Assembly: GCA_964016885.1 (NCBI GenBank)
Contig: OZ024743.1
Span: forward strand, 154,194,001 to 154,258,000
Direction: 5' to 3'
Source of the DNA: Eledone cirrhosa
Taxonomy: Eukaryota
Length of the DNA stretch: 64,000 nt
Part shown: piece after piece, positions 25,971 to 39,849 of the stretch
Layout of the letters: each line of letters begins with the position of its first letter
How positions within the stretch are numbered: position 1 is the stretch's first letter
The notes under the pieces: generated by a model
What the model saw: only the letters and a program-made list of their open reading frames with translations
Database searches by the model: none
What the model was told of the DNA's origin: nothing
Position numbers and translations under genes: made by a program

Positions 25971-28900
25971 ACGCTTTCTTTATTAACCACAAGCGTTTAC
26001 ACAAAGTAAAACATTAAGGACTATATATGTCAATGCAGGACGTTACAAATGGGCATTTTTGCGTGTAAAAAAAACACAAAAAAACAGAGGGTGTAACAAA
26101 AAAAAGAAACAAACAAAAATTGACCAATATGGGGGAGATTTACGAGGGACATTCGTGGAGAAAGCCCATTAAAAAAGCCACGGTGACCCTGACCACCAGG
26201 GCAAGTGCCCTCTCCCAGTTTTCCACCTTTAATTTACAGGCGCATACTCAGAGTAGTGCCATTCTCTCGGGCCATGCTTGCCTCTCTCACTCATCTTCCA
26301 ACAAAATGCTGGGAAGAGAGTAATTCCATCTCCACCCTGATTTTCCTTTTCCCATGAAATTTGAAAAAGTTAATCGGCATCATCGAAGAGGTAAGTGCTC
26401 GTTTTCAGCTCTTTCAAACGAGTCTACCATACTATCTCTTTCGCCATGGTCACCAGACAGATACAAACTGACTGTCCTTCCCGGGTAAGGGAAGAGGGAA
26501 GGGCAATCCTCACGTTGGACTCAGCTGATAGCCGGATCCGTTCTACACGCGACAGCAGTTGTTCGACATAAACCCACAAAGCAGTAATTCTCAGACACTG
26601 GCCGAGTGCGTGCAGGACGGTATCGTTGCCCTGCGCGCATTTCCGACATGCCCGGCTAACGGCAATTCCATGCCTGTAGAGTTTATCCCGAACTGTCAAA
26701 GCTCCTCGGTAGCACTGCCAGGCTAGGGATTTCTGGAAGTTGTCTATAGGGACCGGGCCGAAAGTTCTCCGGAACAGATTGTCTAGTAGATTTTCGTCGA
26801 CGCCCAGAGTCTCACCAATTACGTTGTCGCTCTTTCACTCCACCTATCCTTTATAGAACATTGAGGGGGAGTTTACAACGATCGATTTTCCCGACAGGTC
26901 GAGGGCTGTGAGAGCCTAAAGACATTCCAGTCTCTAAGCGCTCCCTCTCGGTCTTCGCTTGACCCAGGACAGCAGCTCTGTCAAGGAGACGGGCTGGGGA
27001 AACACGCGTTTAGCAAACGGCGGACACATCTGATCATCGTCGAGGAAGAGGTGGTGATGTCGTAGCCTGAGCGCTTGTCTGCGCATCATCAGCCACGGCA
27101 TGTCCAGCCCTCCACGTAGCGGGTGTGGATAGCAAATGGAGCGTCTGAGCATCGGAGCGCGTCCCTTCCACAAAAAACGAAAGAGCATATGTCCCAGCGC
27201 AGTAAGGCGAGACTTACGACAAGGCACGAAGGTGGCGGTAGGAGATGACGGGCGCGATATACGCATTCACTATCTCCGCTCGACCTTTCAGGGATATCTT
27301 CCTCTCTGCCCATTTCGGGATGAGAGAAGCCATCCTGTTCGTCACCTAGTCCCAGTTTTACTCCGTCTAGAGGTCTGGTCCGAACTAAACCCTTAGCAAT
27401 TTAACCGGGCGTCGATCCAGCGCCCGGCGACGCTGTTGGACGACACGGACCTCTCTCTCCAGGTGCCGAGCTGCAGGCCCAACGACTGTTCTTCGGGATC
27501 ATTGCTTCTGTCAACGCCTCATATTCTCTTAGTGTAGTGCCGATCGCCTCGATGTGTTTGGCGTTCGAAACCACTACGGTCACATAGTATGCATATGCTG
27601 ACACGGATCTTCCGCATCCCAGTTCGCGCGTGACCCCCCCTCAACGTCTCTATTCTGTGGATCGAGAGTCAATACATACAACAGGGACGAGAGTGGTCAT
27701 CCTTGGTGGACCGAGCGCATGATGATGAACGGTTCCGAAAGGTGACCGTTCACTCTCAGGGCAGATGTCGCTGTGCATGGCAGCGATCCAGACACTGAAG
27801 AGAGGCCCAAAGCCAACCGCCCTCAGGACTGCCGCCAGATAACGATGGTCGACCTTTTTGAAAGCTTTCGACTGGTCTAAATTGATCAAGGACCCACCCG
27901 TGCCAGGTTCCTTAGCTACATTCTCCACGATGTATCGCATAATGTGGAGGTTGTCGTGGATGGATCTGTCTGGGATGGCGCATGTCTGTGCCACTCCCAC
28001 CAGACCACCAACGACAAGCGCCAACCTCTTTGCTAGCACCTTTGCCAAAATCTTGAACTCTGTGTTTAGAAGAGTTATGGGTTTTTAATTATCAATGTTA
28101 TCCTCCATGTTCGGACCCTTTCTCATCAGCGCCACTGCTACTCGGCTTACAGTGCTGGAAAATCTCCCGTTCTGTTGCCAGTTGCAGCTGACACCGCCGA
28201 GATGTCTCCGAACATGTCTGGCATGTGTACGTAAAGTTCGTAGGGCAGACCCTCGAAACCAGGCGATTTACCCCTTGTGCAGCCAGTCATATTTTAATCG
28301 CTCTTTTCACGATGGCCCCCGTCCACGTCCGCTTATCTAGTTCGCTAATCCGGTTTCTGTAGGCCTTGCGCGCTGTTAACGACGCCTTTAACTTCCAGTA
28401 GCCGGGGCCCTGTCTATGAAGCCTATCTAAGTCAACCTCACCGATCACGAATTTGTGGTCCGTGTAGTCGACTATTTGAATTGTGGACATCCTATGCTAG
28501 ACTTATCTATTTCCCTACAAAATACCCTATCTAGATATGATCTAGATGACCCGATTGATTTGTCCATGTCCACATTGGCACATTCGGCAAATCCAGACGG
28601 TACCTGTCATATAGTTGAAACAGTCTGAGAAGGTTTGCGAGGCTTTTACACCTTCTACCTCTATCCGCTAATCCAACACAGTCCCAGCGTGCATCTAAGA
28701 TCCCGTTCCGGTCGCCCACTAACACTAAAGAGCGGGACGTTACAAGAAAGTTCTCCAGACGCCGGAAGAAATATGGCCGGCTTGCTCATGTCGGGGAATA
28801 GACGGCCACTATCCTGGATGCTTGCCCATCTCCGCTGCTCATGTCCAGCACCACCAACTAACCTTCTGGCTCGAAGAATATGGCCCGTATGGCGAGATCC

Positions 28901-31210
28901 AAGCCTCTCCGAAAAGCACAGCAACCCCCCCCCCCCCCGCCAATCTAGGACTATTGATACATGCGTATACATCGTAACCATCGAAGACGGTGCGATCGCT
29001 CATGTATCGGAGATTCTGGTCTCGCTGATTGCCACCACATCTATGTTTAGTGAGATGAGGTCGTTCAGCAGGTAGCGCTGTTTCCTGACGGGCCCTGGCC
29101 ACGCGCATTTATTCTGCCTATTCTGAGTGGAAAAAGATGGGAAAAACCACTTCTTGTGGAGGAACGATGTTTTTTCTGTCTTTCTCACTGTCTGCGGCCC
29201 CCTCCGGAAGGATGTCTTTATAAATCCTCCTGGAGTGTGTTTGTCGGAAGTCTTCGATGTCCTTGTGGAATTTTAATTTTAGCGTCGTGTGTGTTTTCTG
29301 TATGAGACGAGTGATTTGTATGTGTGGGGTGGTGTGAATTTTTTGGGTGTTGTATAGTCTTTTTCTGTCATGCTGGTGTTGTGTTGGATGTAGTGTAATA
29401 ATTGGTTGTTTTTCAAATTTAATGCTGTGTAGTGTGTATCGCTTTCGTTGCTTTGTTTTGTTTGTGTTCGTTGTGGTGTTTGTGGTGTTGGGGCTGGTGA
29501 TGCTGGTGTGGGGTTGACATAGCTGATTTAACTTTTTTATTACTTTGTTTGTTTCGGAGGGCGAAGGAAAATGATTTTTTTCTTTTTAGGTTTATTTTTT
29601 TATTTTTTCCAGAGACAGTTACCCAGTCCTCCTCGTCGTCACAATCTGTCTCCAGTTGCAAGAGGTGGGGGAGTGTAAAACCCCCCACAGGCATTGGTTT
29701 TGGTTGTGGTGTGGTGGATGGTGGATGCGCTGGTGCTAATTCTGGTGCGGTGGGTGTTGGTGGTGGTGTTGGTTTTGCTACTGTTGCTGCTACAATTGTC
29801 TCTGTTGTTGCTGCCATTTCTGCTGCTCGTTTTGATGGTTGGATCACTGGTGTAGCCAGGAGATGTGGCCTCAACGTTTTATCCTGAGGGCAGAAAGTCT
29901 TTAGGTCGGTTCCTTCGCCACAAACGACACACCTAGGCCTTCTACCCTCAACGATTACGGTGACGTGGCTGCTGTCATTGAGGTCTATCACCTCTGGAAT
30001 TTCCTCTATGTTATTTTGGTCCGCTTGGATCAGGAGCTCCATCCAGATGCTGACCAGTTCTTCCGCTTTACTTCTTTCTCCTCAATTACTTTAGTGTCGG
30101 CCTCGATGTCGGCGGGGACGGCAACCATTAGCCAGGTAATTTCAATGGCCGGCGGAACCTGTGTCTCCCTGATATTTACCAGCCTCTGACCACAATAATT
30201 TGGGACGAGTGTGAACGCATCACTTTTTAATGTGGCCAGGGAATGCTCTCTGGCTTCCTGTCGGGTTCCAACGAACACGTCCACGGATCCATATTTTTGG
30301 CAACGTGATGTGTGTTTTTTGATCCCACATATGTCCCAAAGCTTTTTGTACCTGGGACTCGGATGCTCGTTCCACTCGGTTTGTTTTAATGTTTATTGTC
30401 TGATATGATACGTTGCTCAGGCGCCGATGCTTCATGGTATTAGATGGGGGGGGGGGGTAGTCAGGCTGACCATGTAACTATATTTTTTTCCCATTCGCTT
30501 AGCTTCATTCAATTCTTCCTGGCTTACCTCAACCGTTTCATTTTTGTTTGCCGATTTAGCAAACGACACATTTGGTTTTGCGCTGGTGTTGATGTTGTTG
30601 TTGTTATTGTTATTTTGTTATTATTATTTTTAGTTTCAGATGTGGTGGTGGTGGTGTCAGTGGCCCACGGCGTGGAATAGTCGATTTTCGGAGAATCCAT
30701 TTCGATATCACGAGATAATTTATTTTTTATTTCAGTTGTTTCTGTTGGGGGCTGGTATCAATGGTGATGGTTGTTCTTTTTGACTTTGTGGTGGTGGGGA
30801 TGGCGGCTTTAACACATATAGGCTTTGGCAACGGCGGAAAATCCATGTCTGTATGTGACAAATCTAAATAATCGCCACTGCTATTACTTATATTTTCAGT
30901 GTTGGCAACCATAGCAAGGTTAACAATGGTGGTGGTGGTAGATGTTAGTCTGTTAGAAAAGCTGTCAGCAGATCTTGGTAGCTGAATGTCGTCCATGTTT
31001 TTTTCCAAAGACATTTTTTATTTCATAAATATAAAGTTTAAAATTTGGGCTCAATTCCGGAATAATATTGAGTGCCCTTTTCAGAAAGCAATATATGTGA
31101 ACTTATAAGCTCTTAACAACAAAACATTTCCATAACTGGCAATTTGAAATAACAGAAAACAACAAACATTTGTGGATCTCACGATAATACGATTTCTTAC
31201 GTAGGACGCC
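25971..31210 (-). mobile_element. Tx1/L1-clade LINE, copy C (diverged subfamily, both ends present)
   Basis: ORF1 ATG at 31014, RPRCVVCGEGTDLKTFC; APE (VAISETR, TDHK), RT (LDQSKAF), CRKC..DTVLHALGQC; both ends in (AAT)n. Confidence 0.92.
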
Positions 31211-31245
31211 AATAATAATAATAATAAAAATAATAATAATAATAA

Positions 31246-31864
31246 TGCTTTCTTTATTAACCACAAGGGTTTACATAAAGTAGACATTAAGGACAGTACA
31301 TGACAATACAAGACGGTACAAATGGGCATTTCTGTGTGTAAAAAAACAAAAACAGGCTGTAACATAAAATAACAATAACAAATTCCCCAATAGGGGGGAG
31401 ACTTCCGAAGGACATTTGTGGAGAAAGCCCATTAAAAGGCCACAGTGACCCTGACCACCAGGGCAAGTGCCCTCTTCCAGATTTCCACCTTTAATTTACA
31501 GATACATACTCAGAGTAGGCCCATTCACTCGTGCCATACTTGCTCCTCTCACCCATCTTTCAACAAAATGCTGGGAAGAGAGCACTTCCCTCTCTACCCT
31601 GATTTTCCTTTTCAAATGAAATTTGGAAGAGTTAATCAGGGCATCACCGAAGAGGATAGTTCTCGTCTTCAGCCCTTTCAAACGTGGCCACCATACTATC
31701 TCTTTCGCCATGGCGACCAGACATATAAAAACTTCCTGCCCTTGCCGGCTAAAGGAAAAGGTGGGGCAATCCTCACGATGGACTCAGCTGATAGCTGGAT
31801 CCGTCCTACACGCGACAGCTTGTGTTCGACATAAACCCACAAGTCAGCAATGCTCGGACACTGG
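31246..31864 (-). mobile_element. Tx1/L1-clade LINE, copy D (3' fragment)
   Basis: AKEIVWW..LKGL...FHLKRKIRVEREVL and a 3' UTR matching copy C. Confidence 0.88.
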
Positions 31865-32560
31865 ATATATAATAGTGGATATATATCGTTATGGAATCGC
31901 TCCCGAAAGTTTTTGATTTTTACTTATTTAAAACAACTGTGATCGAATAATTCTTATTACAAATGAAATATAAGATTACAGTTTTTTAACCTTCAGCAAG
32001 CAACAACGCATCACATTACGGCATAGGGCCCCAATATTTAATATTTAATTTTGGATCAGAAATGTTATAGTCGAAATAGAGAAAATGGCTAATTTGACAG
32101 ACAGGCAAATAATTTCACCACCAACACCACCACCGCCACCATCATCACTACCACGCCAAAAACTCTAGTCAAGTTATCTCAACTTCTATTTCTACTTCAA
32201 CTTCAACACCATCACTACAGTACTACGATCACATCACCACCACCACTGCCTCATTATCGCTACCGCCGCTATTCTCTCCCACTACCTCCTGCTAAGTACT
32301 ACTAGCAGATCACCACCACCACCACTGCCTAATTATCGCTACCGCCGCTATTCTCTCCCACTGCCTCCTGTTAAGACAGGCATCATAGTACTCCCACTAA
32401 ATGAGGAAGGCATCAAAATATATAAATAGACTGCTTTGATGACCCGGGCAAACAATCGAAAATTCAAAAGACAAAATCAAATCATCACAGCAGCAACGAA
32501 AATCGTAAAGAAAATAAAAAAATAAAATAAAAATAAACAGACGGAAAAACAAGCAAAACA
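31865..32560 (+). mobile_element. Inverted 5'-UTR/ORF1 start joined to copy D
   Basis: Homologous to 15430-15560; ATG at ~32085 followed by Thr/Pro-rich sequence with a ~60-bp direct repeat (32235-32375). Confidence 0.55.
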
Positions 32561-32639
32561 AATAAGTTAGAATTCAAACATTACATTACAATGAAACTTA
32601 TGCTTATTTTGTTTGGTTTTACCTATTTGTTTGTTTATT

Positions 32640-34731
32640 TATGTTCGTCTACAGCGTTATCACGCTAAAATCACCGAGGGTGATCAAATCACCGGTGGTT
32701 ATGTAACCATATATTCACCAATCCTCGATAAGAGTGTTTCAATGTCGAACCTAAAGAGTTCGAATAACGGTGAAGTGGAGACTAGAATGTCATGTGACAG
32801 ACTCTCACCCAGCAGGTGCTCCCTGGCTCAGCAGCAGGGACCTGGCTGTCAACCAAATACTGCTGGTGTTAGAGGAAGAAGAAGGAAAGGGACCAGAACC
32901 AACTGGACGAAAGAATTGAATAGAACTGTTATGCAATGTTACCTGAAGAGTAACCCCAAAGAAAAAGGCTATAGGAAACGGATGCATAACATCTGGAACG
33001 AGATTGGTCTATTTAAATTAGATGAACAAAAATTGGCCGCGCAAGCTCGGGTAATAAGGACTAATGGGTGGATAATCGAGCGGGACCTGGAGGAACTGAG
33101 CAGAGAGATTAGGTTGGAAATGGAGAGTGGAGTATGCCAGGCAAACGAGCCAGTGGAAAATGAAGGTGAAGAGGTTGAGAGAACGGAGGAACCATCTGAA
33201 GTAGACAATGATCTGAATGCTGAAATAAATAATACCTGCAACAAAGTTACGGCCATTGAGGAGATGAATGCTGACGGGCTAGGACAAGATTTGGTTGATA
33301 TCCTAAACTTAGTGGTAGATGAAATGAACAATGATAGTGGGAAACCTATGAACCTAATATTTGTAGACAGAAAAAAGTTAAAAGAAACAACAGCTAAGGT
33401 AAACAAAGTCATCCCATACCTTGAGGCGAGGAGCCTTCACCAATGCAACAATATCCTCAAAACAACAGCATACTTGGTATAGAGACCAGAGAAAACAACA
33501 AACAAGAAAGATCAGAACCTTGGAAGAAGAAACAACTGATTGCTCAAATCAGGGAAATGAGAAATGACATTGGAAAGCTTGGGTCCCTACTGAATGGGAA
33601 ATCTAGACACTAAAAATAGACTGGAAATAAAGTGCAAAACTAGGAGAAAAAAGCTAAATATTGTCATAGAGGAACTGAAGAAACGCATTGTTTCAAATAT
33701 TGCAAAGAATATGCGGTATGAGAGAAGAGTCATTCAGTATAGACAGAAAGCATGTTTGACAACAACCAGATGTTTTGGGGCAGCTTGAAGGGAAAGAAAG
33801 AGGCAACGACTTGATCCCTGAGGCGGAACAGACTAAGACATTCTGGAGAGGAATGTGGGAGCAGGATGTTAAACATAATGACCAGGCAGTGTGTATTGAG
33901 ACAACACAAAAGGAGATTAGTGAACAAGCACACCAACAAACTGATTTGAGTATCACAGTTGAAACTCTTAAAGTGCAGGCCAGAAAACTAACCAACTGGA
34001 AATCACCAGGCCCAGATGGTGTGCAGGGGTATTGGATTAAAAATATAACATCCCTCCATCCGAAACTGACAACCATTTTCAATGACTGATTGATGTCAGG
34101 TGAGGTACCAGAGTGGTTGACAAAAGGTACCACAGTTCTAGTTATGAAAGACCGAATCAAGGGTAATGATGTTACCAACTATAGACCTATCACATGTCTG
34201 TCCGTAATGTGGAAACTGTTAACAAGCATTGTGTCTGAGGAAATCTACCATCACCTCCGCACAAACAACTTGCTATCGGACGAACAGAAAGGATGCCGAA
34301 AGAAGTCCCGTGGTACACAAGACCAGTTACTTATTGATAAGATGGTAATGAGGAATTGCAACAAGAGACACACTGGTCTTGCCATGGGATGGATAGACTA
34401 CAAAAAGGCATTCGACATAGTACCTCATTCTTGGATAACCAAAAGCCTAGAGATCTTCAAGGTGGCAGTTAACATCAGACAGTTGTTGGGCAAAAGTATG
34501 AAGTCCTGGGAAACGGAATTAACGTCGGGTGGAGAATCCTTGCGAGGTGTGATTTCAAGAGAGGTATCTTCCAGGGAGATAGTCTGAACCCTCTGTTGTT
34601 TCTCCTTGCCCTGATACCTCTGACCATTATATTGCGAAATGTGAGAGCAGGATAGAAGTTGGGAAAAGGAGAGCTTACCATCAACCACCTCCTCTTCATG
34701 GACGATCTTAAAATCTTTGGGAAGAGTGAAC
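32640..34731 (+). mobile_element. Second R4/Dong-type LINE (different family), 3'-truncated within RT
   Basis: N-terminal WTKELNRTVMQCY...GYRKRMHNIW; NWKSPGPDGVQGYWIK, NYRPITCL, WIDYKKAFDIVPH, HLLFMDDLKIFGKSE, then an abrupt end. Confidence 0.9.
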
Positions 34732-36645
34732 TGGAGTCTCTGTTGCAGCTGCATTTGGTATTACTGTTGTTGTTGTTAATACTTCCACTGCTGCTGCTGT
34801 TTTTGATTTCCGTACCGTGGGTATGGTTGCCACGGACCTATCGTTCCTTGTTGCCGTTTGTCCTGTTGCTGATAGCCGTGCAGCCAGTTTCGGAAGGAGG
34901 GGGGTTTTCTCCTTTGTCAGGGTCTTCTCGTTGCAGAAGACCCTGAGGTGAGTCTCTCGATCCACAGCGAAAGCATTTCGGGCGTTTGTCCTCAACACTT
35001 ATGGGCAGTTGAGCGCCGTTATCGAAGTCTATCACATCCGGGATAGCTTCGATGCACTCCTGGTTGGTTTGGATTAACATCTCAATGGAGGTGCCGACCT
35101 AATCTTCTCTTACTTTTTTCTGTACTTGCAGTAGAGTTGTTTTGTCCTAGATTCCGACGAGGACAGACGCGGCCAGCCAAGAAGGGCCCATCCCGGGTGG
35201 GGGGACCGTGGGTCAGTTTGACCCTCACAATTTTTTGCCCGCAGTAGGAGGGCACCAAGACCATTTCCTCGCTCCTTAGGGTCACTTAGGATTGAGCCTT
35301 TGCCTCCTGGGGTGTGGCACAAAGCATGTCTACGGTTGCATATTTCTTGCCTCGGGTGATGTGCGTTTTCCGCTGCCACACAGACCCTAAGGCTTTTTGT
35401 ATATGAGCCTCTGTGGCTCTTTCAACCCTACGGGATTTTGTGCTTACTATACGGTACGTGACCGTACAGTGCTGTTGGGTTTCGAAAAAATGTTTCGGCT
35501 GCCTTGCAGATTCAGAAGGGAGGAGAGATAACATCCCTCTCGGATGGATCGCGTGATATGGAACGGCTCCGAAAATGTAGCCGTTCACCTTGACCCTTGA
35601 GCAGATTTGCTGTTGTGATTTGCTGTTGTGATTTGCTGTTGTGATTTGCAGCAATCCTGCCCCTGAACACGGGGCCGAAGCCTGCCGCCCCGAGCACCGC
35701 AGCCAGGTAACGATGGTCAACCCTATCGAAAGCCTTAGACTGATCCAAGTTGATCAGGGCCCCACCGAAGCCGGGTTTACACCCTACCCTCTCTATGATG
35801 TATCGCATGAGGTGGAGGTTGTCGTGTATGGACCTGGTCGGGATTGCGTATGTCTGCGCTTCTCCTACCAGGTTTTCGACGACAAGCGCCAGCATCTTTC
35901 CCAACACCTTGGCCAAAATCTGTAACTCTGTGTTGAGCAGAGTTATGGGCCGGAATTTCCCTATGTCATCCCTTTTGTTCTAGTCCTTCCTGACTAACGT
36001 GATTACGCCCTTTGTCACAGAACTGGGAATTCTCCCATTATGTTGCCAGTTGCAGTAGACCGCTTCCAGGAGACCGGTAACAAGTCCAGCATTGCTACGT
36101 AAAATTCGTAGGGTAGACCGTCGAGACCTGGAGATTTGCGTCTGCCGCATTGGCTCAGCGCGTCCACTATCTCAGCGGCCGAAATCGGTTTTTCGCAGAA
36201 CTTCGCCTATCTGTCCGAGAGTCGCTGTAGGCCGTCGAGGTATTAACCGAAATCCATAGCGCCGCCCTGCCCGAACAGTTGAGCAAAATGCCGCTGAAAG
36301 CCCGCGCACATTTGCTTCGCCTCACGTATCCTTCAAAGACCGAATCGTGGACTTGTTGCCACTTTTCGCCTCCGTCACTCGGGCCCAGCTAACAGCTTTG
36401 GCTCCCTCGTTTCCCAGAGCACGTATTTTGCTTCGGACAACGCAGCCTTCATGCTTTGCGTCGAAGAACTGGTCCAAGGCCGTTCTCGTCGCTAGCACGC
36501 TAGCTTCGTTGCCACTCCTAAGTACCTCTTCTACTTTATCTACCAGTTCCTTTTCGGTCTTATTTCTATCTAACACTAATTCTTTACTAAAACCTATCGA
36601 GTCTAATCTAACTGCCCTCTTGAGAGAGTACCAACATCTGTTGTA
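34732..36645 (-). mobile_element. Tx1/L1-clade LINE fragments (copy E): ORF2 part upstream of ORF1 part
   Basis: 36645-35520 linker and RT (LDQSKAFDRVDH); 35500-34735 ORF1 (TVTYR, VPSYCGQK, RPKCFRCGS). A 13-bp GATTTGCTGTTGT x3 lies at 35604-35649. Confidence 0.88.
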
Positions 36646-36789
36646 GATAGATAGATATATAGATAGATAGATAGGTATAGATAGATACATACACATTTAA
36701 ATGTACTCTATTCATGCATTATTGTTTAGTTATTCATTTGGAGCAATTGAAATAAATAGTTGTTACTCCCCATGTCCAATATATGGTCA

Positions 36790-36990
36790 ACATTTATATG
36801 AAGTGTCAGTTTGGTCAATCAACAAGCTAGAAATTGCAAAAAAATGTTCTAATCACATCACATTTAATATAATAATGCAAGTGAACGAAAGGTATTGTTG
36901 TACACATCCTAGAAAAGAATGGCAGATCAAATGGAATATATTTGATCATGGGTTTGCTCAATCAGAGAGTTGACCTGGAACTAAATAAGG
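36790..36990 (+). mobile_element. Old SINE 3' remnant
   Basis: CAAGCTAGAAATTGC...TTTGATCATGGGTTTGCTCAATCAGAGAGTTGACCTGGAACTAAA resembles a cephalopod SINE tail (recalled, not searched). Confidence 0.4.
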
Positions 36991-38468
36991 ATATCAATAG
37001 AAACTATTATTTTGCTGACATTGATTGCAAAGTCTGGTGCATAAAATCTTGCAGATGGTGATAAGCTTAACACTATCTTTATTTCCAAGTTTTAAATATT
37101 GTAAAATATTCAATAGACAGAAATCACCAATGAGTAAAAGTCTATTCTTTTCCATTTTAGAGTCCATACTGATCTATTTCATTTCATGATAATAGGTTTC
37201 TAATTTAGTGTATATTAGACTACTATTTCTATTAAGAAGAACACATGCATAGAACATCCTATGTCATTTCAATAACTCCTGTGTTGTCAACAACTTAAGG
37301 TTCCATTGTTTATAAGCTATCTAAGGGTCACTGATTATTATATGTAAGATACTGAATAAAATCATTTAGTTTCTTATGGATTTCTTTGAGAAACGGCATT
37401 GCAGATTAACCTGCTAGATTTGAAATTAAATATGACACGTTTATAAAAGAAAAAAGTAAAGAGAATGGAACGAGCACATGTTAAAGCCTTTATGTCATCA
37501 CTGGATTTTCTACAAATTTGCACACCATCATCTAAAAGGACAAGGACAAACTAGTTAATGGGGTATTAGATACTCCTAGAAAGATGTGAGAGTAACGTTA
37601 GATGGAATCTTGTGACAATTGGTTCGCTAGAAGATCGTTGATTTAGGCATCTAAAATAATAAAATATGGAACATAAATATGGTGAAATGTGTTCCTTTGT
37701 ATTTAAATATTTATATAGAGAGACTGTCTTACTGATTTCTTTGTCACACATTGTTTCTATTTCTATGTGAGTGGAATGTGACCTCTTTATATTAATATTT
37801 GAGTTGTCCAATGTAATTTAAGTAATTAGTATGATAACGGCAATGTCAATTTTATATGCCAATATCTTTTTCGATTAGTTATACATATATCATTATATTG
37901 CTGCTAACTGAGCTGCTTCACGATTCCTATATTAAGATCATTAAGAAACCAATAAATCATTATTTGTATTTTAGAAATTGTAGACATCAACTATGAACAT
38001 TTCAATTACATATAAATTAAATTGATTTACTATAGTAACAATATCAATGGTTGTGTTTGGTATAAACATGTAGCAGTGAAGACTTTTTATCTAATTTCTT
38101 TTTATTTTGGAACGAAATGGGAACAAAATCTCTTAATTAATATCCCAAAAGTTGTTTATATTTTATTAGATATTTATAACAACTTTGCTTTGAATTAAAT
38201 TATGGCAATAGTGAATGGCGGTGGCCTGAAATAACTTTTAATTTGTTATTCGTTTTAATCAGCATCTTATAACTAGTGTATTTTCCATCGTCAACAAGTA
38301 TTTTTGGAATTATTAAAATTAATCTGATATTTACACCAATACTTTTGTGATATGATATTAGATATTGTAAATATTTTGACCTTTTCATCTTTAGTTGCTG
38401 TTACATGGTCAGCAGGAAAACGACAATTCTTGTAAACCAAAAACAACTTTACTAATAAGATATAATAA

Positions 38469-38655
38469 TTGATTCTACGTTTCACACAAGACCAGCAATT
38501 ATTCAGGGCATTACTGGTATTTTATTTTATCGACCCTGTAAGGATGAAAGGTAAAGTTAACCTCGATGGTATTTTAACTCAGACCGTAAGGGGACGTAAC
38601 TATGCTAGAAAGCATGCTGTCCAACCCTCTAACGATACTGCCAATTCACCGCCCT
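38469..38655 (-). mobile_element. Full-length SINE with 14-bp TSD
   Basis: Starts GGCGGTGAATTGGCAGTATCGTTAG on minus strand; ATAAGATATAATAA at 38455-38468 and 38656-38669. Confidence 0.88.
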
Positions 38656-39215
38656 ATAAGATATAATAAAAACAATAACAATAGGAGTAAAAAAAGTTGG
38701 AATGATCGTGCAGATAACCACGTGTATGTGTGTGTATGTGTATGTGTGTGTGTGTGTGTGTGTCCACGCCGGCGTGTGTCTTGGTGCGTGTGTGCGTGTG
38801 TGAGAGTGCGCGTGCTGTGCATGTCTGTGCACGCGGGAGGGTGCTTTTTAAAATGTGTATTGGTCAGTCAAATTGTTGCTTTGGTGTAAGCAGGAAGCAG
38901 GGGTCTGTGGAGTGTGCCACACATGGACGATCCAGTGGGAGTTTATCGTGTTGATAAAGACCTTTCATGTTTTTGTCAAATAATTAAAAAAGAAGGGGAT
39001 TACAGATAATGTTGATATGAAGAAATAATTGTAGGATGTAGAAAATCAACAACATAGACAGGCAGGAATAGGCGTAGAGACGAGCACAGACATGCGTATA
39101 CCCACGTTTACCGCAAGATACATGAGCCCGCGTATATATATATACATATATATTAGAAAGTGAGGTTTTTTTTACAAAATGAAAAATAACCGAGATGTCC
39201 TACACGAGTGAACGT

Positions 39216-39435
39216 ATAAAGAAAAAGAGATGAAATGTAAAATGCAACTGGAGTCTTATCTTTTTAAAAAAATATATATATTTATTTGAGAGAAAAACCA
39301 CAGACCCTCCATCTCAACTCACCTTTTGAAAAGCAGAAGAACTGCGAAACCGGTAAAGGAACCAAATAAATATATATATTTAAAAAAAAAATAAGACTCC
39401 AGTTGCATTTTCAATTTCATCTCTTTTTCTTTATA
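39216..39435. repeat. Fold-back with ~70-bp arms ending in (TA)n
   Basis: AAAATGCAACTGGAGTCTTAT / ATAAGACTCCAGTTGCATTTT. Confidence 0.85.
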
Positions 39436-39520
39436 TATATATATATATATATATAAGTATTGAAGTTTCCGTTGAAAATTGAAAAAGTCATAGGAGTGAA
39501 GAGTGCTCTATGTAAGTACC

Positions 39521-39590
<70 letters not shown>

Positions 39591-39731
39591 CACACACATG
39601 TACATATATATATGCATACACATATACATAGAAGTCCATTGATACGTACACAAAACACATGCACACATAGACACACACCCGCATACACATGTACACACAC
39701 ATACGCGTGCATACACACATACATACACGCG

Positions 39732-39765
<34 letters not shown>

Positions 39766-39805
39766 AATTACAGAATAATCAAAACTAAGTTCAAAACATT
39801 CTTTC

Positions 39806-39849
39806 GCTGACAATCGTCTCTTCCAAACTTTGGTTTGGAATCATCAACT
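39806..39849 (-). ncRNA. Degenerate hammerhead motif (inverted copy)
   Basis: Minus strand TTGATGA-TTCCAAAC caaa GTTTGGAA-GAGAC GATT GTC-AGC. Confidence 0.6.
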
